This document shows, one piece after another, positions 28,704-43,362 of a stretch of 64,000 bases of DNA (positions are counted from its first letter, which is position 1; each line of letters begins with the position of its first letter). The stretch lies in assembly GCF_009914755.1 (NCBI RefSeq), contig NC_060925.1. One strand, given 5' to 3'. The notes under the pieces are model-generated. The model was given only the letters and a program-made list of their open reading frames with translations. It had not been told where the DNA came from and did not search any database. A program made the position numbers and the translations under genes. This DNA is from the human T2T-CHM13v2.0 reference genome, Homo sapiens.

Positions 28704-29727
28704 GTAAGCTCGAGCTGCAGAGAGGGTCATGCCCTCTGCCTTCCTGGCTCTCCACCCCATTCTGGAGGGCAGGGCCCCCGGGTCCCTCCACACCTCTGCC
28801 AGGTCAGCCAGGTGGCCTGATGCGTGGAGCCACTGCAGAAGGAGGAGGAAATCCATTTATCTCAACAAGAGAAGCTTGGCTTTGTCTTCTGTCTGCTTGT
28901 GCCTGAACATTTCATTTCATTTCAGCAAATCAGCTTGAAAATCACTAGCTTAGGAGCCAGGAAGTGGAAGCCATTACACAGCTCAATGTGTGATCTTTGA
29001 TAGTCAGTCTCCTTCATTAGACCTCTGTCTCCTCAATCTGTCAAGAGAAGGTTTACTAAATGCTCTCTTCCTGTTCCTAAGTCTCCATTAAACTAGGGGT
29101 CTAGAATCAATTCCCTTCTCAACACCTGGGTCTTTTCACTCTTGTGTCAGTTAGGTGCCCCCTGGCCTCTTCTACGAGCCACTGAGGGAGGCTTGAGTGC
29201 TCAACAGGGCCCACACAGTGTCACCCAGCTCCATGCCCTGTTAGGTGTGTCCCCCTAGCCCACTCCCTGCAGAGACCTCATAGCCTCCAGCTGCATGGGG
29301 CACTCAGCCTTCCCACGGCACCTCTCTCTGGAGCAAAGTCCTGGCCACAGGCTCTGCTGTGACTCAGAATTTCCCTTGCTGGCTCCTTGGACTGCCCAGA
29401 TGAGCTCATGCTGTCAGCTCCAAGTGGGGCAGAGGGCTGGGCTAAGCTCTGGGGACAGCGGGAGGCAGAACAGACAGCCAGATTGGGAAATCATGGGGGG
29501 TGTGGGGCAGGAAGGCTGTGTGAGGGCTAGGAAGCCTCCCCAGTTAGACTGGAAGTAGATTCCTCTCCAACTCCTGGGGCTGGAAAATTAAGAGCAAAGT
29601 TGGGACACAGGGGCAGTGGAAAAGGACTTTCTTTAGCCCAGGGTGTGGCCATTTGGGATTCTGAGGATGGGACCACACCCATGGACATATTTACATACCA
29701 CCAATGACAAAGAACTCATTACCTTTC

Positions 29728-29994
29728 TTTTTTTATTTTTAACATAGGCTTTTTAAAAATATTTTGTTATTATTTTTAAAGACCGAGTCTCATTCTGTCG
29801 CCCACTGCCTCAGCCTCCCGAGTAGCTGGGATTACAGCTGTGTGCCATCACGCCCAGCTAATTTTTGTATTTTTAGTAGAGATGGGGTTTCACCATGTTG
29901 GCCAGGCCAGTCTCAAACTCCTGGCCTCAAGTGATCCACACGCCTTGGCCTCCCAAAGTGCTGGGATTACAGGCGTGAGCCACCGCGCCCGGCC
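29728..29994 (-). mobile_element. AluS with a deletion in the right arm
   Basis: gtcgccca joined directly to ctgcctcagcc; TSD aactca(t/c)tacctttc at 29713 and 29995. Confidence 0.92.
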
Positions 29995-30950
29995 AACTCA
30001 CTACCTTTCAGTCACCCCGGTGCATTGTGGGATTGCAGCAACTCTGATGTGGAACTGCACTTAGTCTTAAGTAGCTTTCAGCCGTTGGCTGTAGTTCTTC
30101 CTGCTTAGATGACCCTTCTCCTTCTCCTTCCTTGTACTACTCCTCCCCCTATCCCCAGCCCATGCCCGCATCTTGGACACTCAGCCCTTTACTCCCAGAC
30201 ATCTCGAGTATTTTAAATGGTAAGATAAATCAAAACTCTCTGGGGATTACCTCTGCTCAGGCCAGCAGAACCCTGACTACTGAAAGGGAGGTGACCAAGG
30301 AAGTCCTGGAAAAAGGTGGATGGTGGGGGCTCCAGGACCCCCTTACATCTGTCCCTTACTGCCATCCCTCATAGCCCCAAGCCCCCAGCAGGAGCCCAAG
30401 TGAAGCAGGGATCTGGCAGAGCTTGGCTTATCAGTTTAGGACCCAGCGGATGAAATCTTGGACATCTGCCTTCCCCCATCCAAGGAAATTGTTGGAACAT
30501 CTCTCAGCACCAAGTCACCCACCAGCCTCATGCCAAAGACACCAGAAAGTGCTTAGTTGCTGAGAGGGCCACACCCCAAATGACTCACTCACAGGAGTAG
30601 GAGAGAAGTAGCAGCTCCAGCCTCCTGGTGCCACTGACTCAGAGCAGCCAGCCCCCAGTCCCTCCGTTAAGCCGGACAGCTTGACCCTAGGCAGGCGCTA
30701 TTGGTTTTCTGCTTCTAGTGGGAAAGGGGAGGCTTCAATCAAGCCTTTTGCATAATGCTGACTGGTTTAGGGGGAGCGTCTAGGGCCTCTGGCTTCTGCC
30801 TCCCTTTATAGGAAAGGAACCAAGAGCCCCGGAGCTGGTTTTTGTGTTTACTGTGGACCTAGAGCCACTTCCTCTCATAGGCTTTGGTTTATATTATTCC
30901 TGTTCCACACTGGTAGCCAAAACAATGATTCCCTGACTTTTTATGGCTCT

Positions 30951-31243
30951 TTTTTTTTTTTTTTTGAGACAGAGTCTCACTGTCTCCCAGGCTGGAGTGC
31001 CTTGGCATGATCTCAGCTCACTGCAACCTCTGTCTCCCAGGTCAAGCGATTCTTCTGCCTCAGCCTCTGAAGTAGCTGGGACTACAGGTGCGTGCCACCA
31101 CACCGGCTAATTTTTGTATTTTTAGTAGAGATGGGGTTTCACCATGTTGGCCAGGCTGGTCTAGAACTCCTGACCTCAGGTAATCCACCCACTTCGGCCA
31201 CCCAAAGTGCTGGGATTACAGGTGTGAGCCACCACGCCCTGCC
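30951..31243 (-). mobile_element. AluS
   Basis: Full reverse Alu; TSD ggctctttt. Confidence 0.94.
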
Positions 31244-32382
31244 GGCTCTTTTACTTTTTAAAGGGCTTTCTATCAATGAGCCCTTCCCTTAGCCCTGGAA
31301 GTAGACAGGATATATACATACTCCCTGGGTTAGAGAATGAGGCTGGGGGCAGGGAGGCACCTGCCAGAGTCACGCTGGCTGATGAGGGTAGGTTCTGTAC
31401 TCTGCATGCTCAGAACCCATGCCAGCTGTGTGCCAGGCACAGCGCTGGGCACTGGCTCCCCAGAACACACACAAGCTTCATCCTCGGAGCTTATGGTCCA
31501 GTGTGTGCTTCCTGCAAGGCTGTTTTCACCCAGGAACTCCCAGGATAACTGGATTCCATTCCTTTTCAGAAGCCTTTACTCCTGTGCTGCTTCCTCAATT
31601 TCTACTGGTTCATTTCCCCCAGCGAGGAGAGTCTGGGTCAGACTGTGGCTGGAGAGGAAATGAAACTGTGTCCTCCCCAGAGAAAGGCAAGCCTGAAGGG
31701 TGGGTGCAGGGCTGGAATTCAAGAACTGAGGATCTGAGCTAGAATCCCCCTCACCAAGCTTAAGTCTAGAGATGTCTAGAGATGTGTTTGGGGGAACTGA
31801 AAAAAAAAGAGAGAGCTGTGGAATAGGGGAAGAGGCAATTTTAGTACAAATAACTAAACAGGGGCAGGCCAGGAATAGAATTGAGGAACCCAGATGCTGA
31901 GTGCAGCCCTCACTCCCACACTAGTATATAACCATGGTGTAGGCTAACTACCCAAACCAGCTTCCCTGGAGATCCCCGCCACCCTCTTAGTATGGTTAGC
32001 ATCATCCTCTTCCTCCCCTGTCTCATCCCATGGTCAAGGTCAGCTTGCTTTTATCAAGCACTTACTGCACAGGGCGCTGGACTGAGTTTTCTGATGAGAA
32101 CTTCCTTGCTTTTTACTCACACATCCATCGTGGGTTTGCTCCTCTTTGATTCATTCTAGAGCACCACCTCTAGGCCAGGTGCCATGCAAAGTGCTGAAAT
32201 ACCGTGGTGAGTGAGCAAGGCAGACAAAGTCGCACCATCACTACAGTCTCTGGCTTCGGGGCACATCGGTTTCTGTCCAAGGAGATGTGATGTCTAGGTC
32301 CACAGTAATTAGAAGCCGAAACAAGACACTGTATGAGGCAGAGCTGCAGAACACAAAGGGGTTCCTAAAGGGCTGCCAGAAG

Positions 32383-32684
32383 CAGGGTGCAGTGGCTCAC
32401 GCCAGTAACCCCAGCACTGTGGGAGGCCGAGGTGGGAGGATTGCTTGAGTTCAGGAGTTCAAGACCAGCCTGGACAACATGGCAAAACCCCATCTCTATA
32501 AAAAATACAAAAATTAGCCAGATGTGCTCATGTGTGCCTGTCGTCCCTGCTACTTTGGGGCTGAGGCAGGAGGGTCACTTGAGCTCGGGAGGTCAAGGCT
32601 GCAGTGAGCCGTGTTTGCACCACTACACTCCAGCCTAGGCAACAGAGTGAGACCCTGTCTCAAAAATAAGTAAATAAGTAAAAA
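32383..32684 (+). mobile_element. AluJ
   Basis: ggaggattgcttgagttcagg...gaggtcaaggctgcagtgagc; (TAAA)n tail. Confidence 0.92.
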
Positions 32685-33744
32685 GAGTTGGCAGGGCCAG
32701 GAGGGGAGCCGCTGGGCATGGACACGGTCAGGAAGCCCTCCAGAGGGCCAGAAGCAGCTGCCACTGATTGCCCTGACTGGCCAGGGCCTCCCCCATCTTG
32801 CCCACAGGACTACTGCCAGGACCCCAGCACACTCAGTTTCAAGAGCGTTTGGATCCCTCAAGTTCTGCTGGTTAGAAAATAAGACCGTATTTTCTCAGGT
32901 CCAATAGAGACAACTTTGGAAATTTTTCTTCTTTTCAAGGAACTTGATAGAAACCAGAATGGAAAAATCAATGTCCCACTCCCATTCCAGCCCCCAAAGT
33001 GGCTAAGCAATGGATGTGTTCACAGAGCAGTGATTGCTTGGGCTCATGTAACTCATGTCCAGCCACAGATTGCCTCAGTTGCCCCAGCTTTCTTGGCCAC
33101 CAAACCCCGTTTCGCTTACTTAGTCCTGTCTGGCTTAATTAGGATAAGTTATGGAGACCCTGCCTGAGGCTGATTTGGGCTGGCCCCACTGCTAGGCTAG
33201 ATGGAATTATGGGTCTCAGCCTGAACCCAAGTCCAAGCCACCCCTTCAACCAGATTCCAGTTGTATTTCCTCTCTGCAGCCCGCCTGGCCCTATCTCCTT
33301 CCCTAGTCCCCCAGGTTCCCCTAGTCTCAGGCCATCCAGCACTCACCTGGGCATTGCTCCCTTGGCCTGGTCTAGCAGGGCCTGAGGCTTGAGACTCTGG
33401 ACATTTGGCTTCACCCCCATGTCTGGTTCCCTGTGTCCTCTCCTTTGTCCAGTTAAGGCTGCTTCTATTCTCTGGGGAGGCTTATTTCCCCTGCTGCCCT
33501 AGGCCTGTGGCTTGGACCAGTCTTACTGGGGACCTGCCATACATCCCAGATTCCCAAAGCTTTTCCTATACTCTCTGCACTCTACTTCAGCTTTCCTATA
33601 TATGATGTTTGGGAATCAGCTAGCCCTCAGCTAATTACTAGAAGAGAGGTGATGGACACACCATTAACAAAATGACCAAGGCCTTCTAAGCTCAAGTGAC
33701 CAGTCTCTCCCACTTGCCTCCAGGTCTGTTGACCCCTTCCATAT

Positions 33745-33930
33745 ACCAGGCACTGTGTTCTGTCTGTACATATGTGATCCTTACAACTCTATAAGGTAGA
33801 TGTTATGCCATTATCCCCATTGTACAGATGGGGAAACTGAAGCTTTAGTTATTTACTTTCCTTGGGCTCCTTTACTAACCAATACCAAAAAAGAATTCAA
33901 ACCTAGGTCATATTACACAATCTAGGGTCT
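33745..33930 (-). mobile_element. MIR
   Basis: ccaggcactgtg...attatccccattgtacagatggggaaactga. Confidence 0.75.
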
Positions 33931-34173
33931 TAACAGTATACAGGATTTCTTCCCTAGCCACTTAATTAAGATCATTTCCTTTGTCAAACAGATAACGTAT
34001 CACAAAGGTAACACACAACCAGAGGCCTCATGGAGGAGGTGGAGCTTGGGCAGGTGGGGAGGAGGTGACAGGGCCTGTGGGTGGAGGGGAGGCATTGCTG
34101 GGGTGCATGTGAGGGGACAGGGCACACGGCGGCTGTGCCAAGGACTAAGTAGTGCCTTCTGCTCTCCACCCAG

Positions 34174-34539
34174 CTCCCTGGAGATGACCTGCTACGACAG
34201 CGATGATGCCAACCCACGCAGCGTGTCCAGCCTCTCCAACCGCTCGTCCCCTCTGTCATGGCGCTATGGCCAGTCCAGTCCGCGGCTGCAGGCTGGTGAC
34301 GCGCCCTCTGTGGGTGGGAGCTGCCGCTCGGAGGGGACGCCCGCCTGGTACATGCACGGCGAACGGGCCCACTACTCCCACACCATGCCCATGCGCAGCC
34401 CCAGCAAGCTCAGCCATATCTCCCGCCTGGAGCTGGTCGAATCCCTGGACTCGGATGAGGTGGACCTCAAGTCCGGCTACATGAGCGACAGTGACCTCAT
34501 GGGCAAGACCATGACGGAGGATGATGACATCACTACCGG
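34174..34539 (+). CDS. NAV1: NAV1 internal coding exon (366 nt, phase 2/2)
   Basis: Acceptor ccttctgctctccacccag| at 34173, donor CGG|gtaagc at 34539/34540; CpG-rich with GC3 codon bias; continues the previous exon in frame (AG|C = Ser): SLEMTCYDSDD...KSGYMSDSDLMGKTMTEDDDITT(G). Confidence 0.95.
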
Positions 34540-35283
34540 GTAAGCGCAGGGGCTTCTTGGATGGCGGGGGAGGATGGTGGAAAGACCACTGGGATGCGAC
34601 GCCTTAAAAGTGGAGTGGAACCCAAAACGGGTTTTGGTTTGCTGTGCTGCTATGAAAGTACACAAAAGTGTGCTGTGTACACTTTGTGATTGCCTCTGAA
34701 ATTCGATGTGGTTTATTCTAGACTTGGGTGTGGTGTAGGCAGGGCCTACATCCAAGGAGCTGATTGGTCAATGAAGGCGCCTCCCTCTCATTGGTCTCTG
34801 TGGCTGTCATTCTGTCACCCTCCTCCCTGGCTCTTTGCCCTCAATAAACTGGCTCAAAGAGCCTTGGAAAAGCATTTTATTCCCAGCTCTTATGCGAACT
34901 CTGTGTAGACCCTGGACAACTAAATCTGCTTTCCCATTTGCAAAAAAAAAAAAAACCAAAAAGGTTATTAACATCGTATCTGTCTACCTAAGAAGAGAAA
35001 ATGAGAGCTTGTGGGTGAAATCGCTAGTCAAACAGTGAGTAGCAGCAGTAGCTCCACTTCCTTTGCCAGGGGTTCGTAACCCCTCAGTTCCCTATCCGAC
35101 CCCTGTGGTCCTCAGTGTCTGCTCCTTGGGTTTCTTCCTGTGCAAACCTTCTACCAATCATGCAACTTCCTAATCCCTACCCAGCGTGTCAAATCCTTCT
35201 TTCCTGCCTTTTGCCCTGCAGGGACCCTCATCTTCTTATATTTTTCTGCCTTAATTGACAGAGTTGTGCCTATGCCTTCCAAC

Positions 35284-35419
35284 CTTGGAAGAGTTGGCCA
35301 GGACCCCAAGCCCCCAGCACTTCATTCTTGCTGTCCTCTCCTGGTCTGGGAGGATAGAAGAGAGGATAGGAAGAATGAAGTGCTGGGCGCTTAGGGGGAT
35401 CCTGGCCAACTCTTCCAAG
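35284..35419 (+). ncRNA. MIR5191: Intronic miRNA hairpin; mature-like sequence AGGAUAGGAAGAAUGAAGUGCU at 35363-35384
   Basis: Perfect 20-bp inverted repeat 35284-35303/35400-35419 plus a 17-bp inner stem cccagcacttcattctt/aagaatgaagtgctggg. The 22-mer matches my recollection of hsa-miR-5191, annotated in a NAV1 intron. Confidence 0.8.
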
Positions 35420-36369
35420 CCCAGAGACAGGAGAGAGGCAGTGGTTCTGGAAGCTTCTCTGGAGCACCTCTTAGCCTACTGCCACTTTCACTCTCCCTTC
35501 TTGGTTTGCTGGTGCCCTCCTCCGCCAAGGGGCCATACAAGTAGCAGCAGCATCCCTTCCCTTCCTTCTCAGGGACTTAATATCTTACTGCCAGGGCCTG
35601 CCTCTCCCCAATAAAAATCCCAGACTTCAAGGGAGTGGAAAGTAGCCTCTCCTCGGAAAAGACGAGAGCCAAGCTCCAGGCCATCCACTGTTCCCCACCC
35701 CCATCTCCACCCCTGCAGAGAACTTGGAGGGATCTGGTTAGGGCTTGTCCAGCTGATGAGGCTGCTCTGGAGCAAAACAACTGACGCATGAATGGAGTTG
35801 TTTACTGCCTGTTAAATCCCAGGGGCCAGCCCAACCTCGCGCTCACGCTCAGATCCACCAGCCTGGAGCTGGGACCAGAGAAAAGCCATGCAGTGCACAG
35901 ATCCTGAGCTCCTTCTGTGGTCAGAGGCCTGTGCTGGGCAGGAAGGAGAGCCAAGGTGTGTGAGGAGCTGCTCCACACAGCCTCTGCCCTAGGAAGCTGC
36001 CAGGGACTGCCTGAGGAAGTGTCAGGTCACTGCCCTCCTCTGAGAATCCCAGGAGGGTGCAGAGGGTGGCACAAGCCCTGCGGGGCTGAGTCTTTAGAAA
36101 GTCCCCCATGTGTTAGAAGAACCATAGCCCTAGACCCTAGGGAGCTTCCAGACAGGGGAAGTGATAGGACCCCTGCCCAGCACAGCTCCCAGATTGATGG
36201 AGGTGACGGGGCCCCTGCCCAGCACAGCTCCCAAACTGATGGAAACGAGATCCCTCTGAGAGCCCTTCACCCCACCAACCCACCTGATGGCCATGGCAGA
36301 AAATACCCCAAGTGTTGCAAGGTACAGGAGCCCTGCTTGGAGACGTCGCAGTCTGAGGAAGGTGGCAGG

Positions 36370-36600
36370 ACTTCCGGCTCTTAACTAGCTGTATGAGCTT
36401 GAGCAAACTGGTTCACCTCCCCAGGCTTTCTTTCATTTGTCTATCTGTCAAATGCAGATAACAGTAGAACTTATCTCAGGGTTCTGATGAGGATTCAATG
36501 GGTTAATATATGTAAAGTACTTAGAATAATTCCTGGCTCATTGTAAATGCTCACTAAATGATAGCTATTATTTTTGTTGCTATATTATTTTTGTTGTTAT
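36370..36600 (+). mobile_element. MIR
   Basis: actagctgtatgagcttgagcaa...tgaggattcaatg...tgtaaagtacttagaa...agctattatt. Confidence 0.8.
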
Positions 36601-37859
36601 TAGAGTCCCAGACTGATGGAGAGACATGATTCTTACCGTCAGGGGTGTGTAGTCTGACCAGAGTCCCACTTACTCAGCATCAGCAGCAAAGACAGATCTA
36701 GTAGCAGCTGGTCAATCCCAGGGGCATAGATAATAGGCTGTGGGGGCATGGAATGCAGGGGGAAAGGGTAGGAAAGACCCCCTTTATCCCCCCTCTAACA
36801 CCCTTGCTTTATCCTCCTTCCTCTGGACAGGATGTGTGTTCCCGAATCCATTTTTAAAAAATTAGAGTTCACCGAGACTAGCATGAATAAGAACTTGCCT
36901 TCCCTGCACAGCCCCCAGCTGTAAGCCTTGGGAAGCCTGGAGTTTGCATGGGGAACACAGAATCAATTGTTGGCATGGCAATATCCATAAAGTGGACCTT
37001 CCTGTAAACTGTGATGCTAGTTTACAAGATCATTTCACATGCATTTTTTATGGTCAACCTTCAGTTAGCAGTAACCCTTAACACGAGTTTGTTAACTTCC
37101 CTGCTGGGACTGTAAACATGGCCATCTGAGAAGTCAGAGTTGAAGGGAATCAACTTATAATCCCCAGTAATTTAATGTAAACAGTCACTCCTCGATTATG
37201 TGTTTTCATGGTTAAGTGTTGTTGTTGTTTTAATTAGTAACAGGGCAACCTGGATTCCAGCGACTCTTTAAGTGAACATGCAAACCTGAGCTGTCGTTCC
37301 TCAGCCTCCTGTTGGTCTTCTCATCCCCACTGTGGTTTCCATCTAGATGTTATAATTTAGAAAATGTCCTATTTCTTAAAAAACTGTTTTTCTAGTCATT
37401 AAAGGGGTAGGACTGTTCCCTGTAGGGATAGCTTCAGCGCTTCCCTCCACACTGCGACACCCCTGCCCACCCATCAGCCTCGGCCCACTGCAATTTACTT
37501 TCCCACCTCCCAAGAGCTCCCAGCACTGGGCCAGCAGAAAAGCTGATCTTTCCCCACTGGGTGACATAATCGGCTCCAAGCTATCCGAGTGAGCCATAAA
37601 AGATGACAGTAATTCTGGCGCTTTCTCCACACTCTGTTTATCTGTGGGGGGATCATCCCTTTGACGGCTCTTCCCAAGCCCCTGTTCAGTCTCAAGTCAG
37701 CTCTCCCTACTCCCTCCAGTGACCAGGCCCCTTTCAGGTCATTAGTCAGCAAACCAAAGAAGGCAAATTCTTCAAACTGAAGTCAGCAAACTAGAAGGAA
37801 GAAAGTGACTCTGATGCTGCTACCAGAATAATCATACATGTTTTTTAAAAAGGATTTAT

Positions 37860-39340
<1,481 letters not shown>

Positions 39341-39489
39341 GCTGATGGGGTTTTTTGGAAATACAAATTCTAAGCCTCAGACTTACCAATGCAGAATCTC
39401 TGCTACCCAGAAAGCCACATTTTTCTAAAGCTTCTCAGTAATTTTAGACTAGTCCATGTTCCTATCTAGTACAATAATCTTATCTACAG

Positions 39490-39875
39490 TATCCCTGACA
39501 GACAGTCTTTCATCCTTGGCTTGCATAGGCACAGTGATGGGAAGCTTATTCCATATCATACAGAATTAAGTTATAAGAAAGTTTCTAAATATTCAACTGA
39601 AATCTGTTTCGCTGTAACTTCTACCTATTGATTCAAATTCTGTCATCTGGGAAAAATAGAATAAGGGTGTAACTCTTCATCCAAATATTTCAACATGTTC
39701 TTAATATAGCTCAAATATTCTCTAGACCAAAAAGAAAAAGAAAAAGTCCCTAGCTTATTTCAGTACTTTTTTCAATGACCCAGTTTTTCGAACCTTTCAT
39801 TGTCCTGGTCACCCTCCTCTGGAAGCTCTCAGGACGTCAATGACCCTCTTAAAATTTGGCACCTAGACTGATCAC
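39490..39875 (-). mobile_element. L3/CR1 fragment
   Basis: agaaagtttc...aactgaaatctg...tgtaacttctacctattg...tcctggtcaccctcctctgga...ctcttaaaatttggcacc. Confidence 0.55.
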
Positions 39876-41248
39876 CCGCTTGACACTAGAAGTAGTCTCG
39901 CCAGGGTAATATCCAAATCATGACACTGCAGACAACTTTGAGTTGGCTGCTGACTGTCCTAGATGACAGCTCGGGCCATTTTTACCACTTGGAAATACAA
40001 AAGGAATTTGTTTTTCTAAAAATAGGAAAGTCTGGAATTTAATCTAAATAAGAAGATAAGTTTCACAGCCATCTGTCCTTCCATCCCTGGCATCCATTGG
40101 AGTGGGAGGGGAATAGAGGATGGGTACCCATACAGAGGTGGATGCAGGCACTGAGTAGAGGAGGCACACGTGCCTGATGGGAGGAGGTCAGAGGGCCCTC
40201 CATCTTCTCCCTACTTTAATGTGGGTTTCCCTCTCAATGTGTCCATTTTTGTGTATGTGAATGGGTGAGCTGTGTCTGAGCTGGGTGGCAGTAATGGATG
40301 GGGACTTGCAGGCCAGTGCAGTAACACTACTGCCAAGTCCCACAACTCCAGAGGGTGCCCTTCACATTACATAGAGGTGTGAGGTCCACAGCCCTGACAG
40401 GACTGCTGTCCTGCAACCTATGCCAAGGGCCACAGGGCCTTAGACAGAGTCAGCAGGCTCCATCTTGAGCGAGTGCTGTAGGAGTGTGTCGGGAACAGAA
40501 GGATTCCTTGGCGACTTCTGCCACACCCTGGCTCTCTCATCAGGTGGCTTCCTGCCCTCCGTGTGTGGCTGGATGTTCCAGTCTTCTTATTTTTCTCTTC
40601 ACCGCCCCTTCCTCCACTCCCCAGCCTGTCCTCTTGAACTGTGCTTGGGGGCTCAGAACAGATGGGATTCGTTTCCTCTTTGGCTCTGAAGTGTCCTGAC
40701 GTTGAAAAATGTCAAATAAAATAAACTGTAGGCCCCTGCCTTCTCCCAGGCTGGCTCTGTGCTCCCAGAATCAGCGAGCTCAAGCCTTAAAGAGACACTT
40801 CCAGCCTTGCTGACAGGGCCCCAGCCTCTGCAGCTACCCTCCTGAGAAGGAGCTGCATTCACTGCCCTCCCACTTGGCTCATGTCTGACTCTCAGACCTC
40901 AAGATACCCAACCCAGCCACCCTCATCGATAAGAATTCTCTTGCAATGAGCACTGGGTTTATGTGGTTTGTACAAAGAGAAGAGACCCCTTTTGAATTTG
41001 AATGGACAAGGAGTAGAGTTGTCCCACTTCTTATGTCTTCTTCTGCCTTTGCCTTCTCTGTTTCCTGGTAGGTCTTTAGGAATCCCGCCTAGCGGGACAG
41101 CTGGGCCAGGCCTAGTTTTTGCTCATGGAACCCAAGGATAGAAGCAGAGAGCAGTAGGGGGCCATCCTCGGGAGGACCCAACATTCAAGTTCAGGAAGGA
41201 AACTCAGTTTCTCTCCTGAAAGGACTTCAAATCTAAAAGGGAGGTAGG

Positions 41249-41442
41249 CAGCCTGGGCAACAAAGTGATACCCTGGGCATGGCAGCACGTGCCTATGGAT
41301 AGTCTCAACTACCTGGGAGGCTGAGACAAGAGGATCACTTGAGCCCAGGAGTTGGGGCGGGGGGGCTACAGTGAGCTATGATTGTGCCACTGCACTCCAG
41401 CCCGGGTGACAGAGCAAGACTCCGTCTCTTAAAAAAAAAAAA
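41249..41442 (+). mobile_element. Partial AluJ
   Basis: gcagcctgggcaac...gaggatcacttgagcccaggag...poly-A. Confidence 0.85.
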
Positions 41443-41457
41443 CATGAATAAGTGGGC

Positions 41458-41770
41458 TAGGCGCAGTGGCTTATGTCTGTAATCCCAGCACTTTGGGAGT
41501 CCAGGGAGAGAGGATCGCTTGAGACCAGGAGTTCAAGACTAGGCCTGGGCAACATAGCAAGACACTGTTTCTACAAAAAAAATTAAAACTTAACTGGGCA
41601 TGGTGGCATGTGCCTGTGGTCCCAGCTACTCAGGAGGCTGAAGAGGGAGAATCCCTTGAGCCCAGGAGTTGAGGTTGCAGTGAGCTATGATCACACCCCT
41701 GCACACCAGCCTGGGCGACAAAGACCCTGTCTCTAGAAAGTTAAATAAATTTTAAAAATTAAAATAAAAT
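41458..41770 (+). mobile_element. AluJ
   Basis: Full Alu, J-type diagnostics. Confidence 0.9.
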
Positions 41771-42141
41771 AGAAAGGTAGGGTACTTATTGGGTCCACAG
41801 TAAAGGAAGCAGTATGTAGTTGAAGTAGATGATAGCTGTTGCTTCATTGAAGATAATATCTAACAATTAGAATGCTGACTCCAGATTCATACACATAGCC
41901 TTGGCTGATGCTTCTTTGTGGTGTAGGGAAGAAGCACTGGGCTAATTCTGAGATCTGGAGTTCAATCCTAAGCACGGCTCTAACTTGCTGTGGCACTGAG
42001 AAAGCCACCTAGCCTCTCTGAGTCTTAGTTTGTTCATTTGTAAAAAAGGTAATCATTTTTGCCTTAAGAGGATCAAATCGAAAAGAATAGTAAGAGTGCT
42101 TTGAAAAGTATAAAGAGCTGTCAGTTTGAAATCTATTATTC

Positions 42142-42491
<350 letters not shown>

Positions 42492-42709
42492 TTAGCTGAT
42501 GGCTTCTGCCTTAATTAGGGGTGGCTAGAGTATCAAAATAAGATTTCTTAAACTTGGAAGATGAGGACATTAAATTTGGGCTTTGACTTAGGTTTCAAGG
42601 AATGCTTCACAACACGGTCTTGATATTCTTTTAATCCTGTAGTGTGCAGTTAAATAAACAGACTTTTGAGAACAGGCTTATCAACACAGGCATACCACAG
42701 ATGGGCAGA

Positions 42710-42965
42710 GCCATAGCATGGTTTAGAGTGAAGGCTCACAGCTAGGCTGCCTGTGTTTGTGTCCTGTCTCTTTTCCTTCCTAGCTCTGTGAGTTTGGATG
42801 AGTTTTTCACCTCCCTCTGCTTGTTTCCTCAGCCGAAAACTGTGGAGAGAAGTGGTGCCTACTCTGTAAGATTAATGTGAGGATTAAATTAGTTAATACT
42901 CTTACGTTAGATATCATAAATGCTGTCTTATGTTAGATATCATACATGCTCAACAAATGCTGGCT
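42710..42965 (+). mobile_element. MIR with a 26-bp internal tandem duplication (42901-42950)
   Basis: tagctctgtgagtttgg...gtttcctca...tgtgaggattaaattagttaata. Confidence 0.75.
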
Positions 42966-43362
42966 CTCCTTCATCAGCCATTTGATGATAGACATTAGCA
43001 AGCTACTGGACCTAAGTTGTCACAGACACATTCTAGATGATAATACATTCTTTGACAAAGAATGTATTAACCTTCATGCTTGAAAATGATCTTTCTGATC
43101 CTCACAGGAAGAATGACATAATAAGTTGTTTGCCAAGAAAGATGGATTTGTTTTGACCCATTTTTACCTGTTCACACAATGTTCTCGTGCAGCAAATGGT
43201 GCCCATCTGTGGTTTGGGGTGAGTATAGCATGTGCTTATTGTGCAGATAGCTAAGCTCACTGCACACAGAGTCACACAAGTGACCATGACCTCTTTCCCA
43301 TCATGACTTGGCTAATTGGGCTGTCAGTCCTTCACTCAAACATGTTTCTTGCCTATGAAGAA

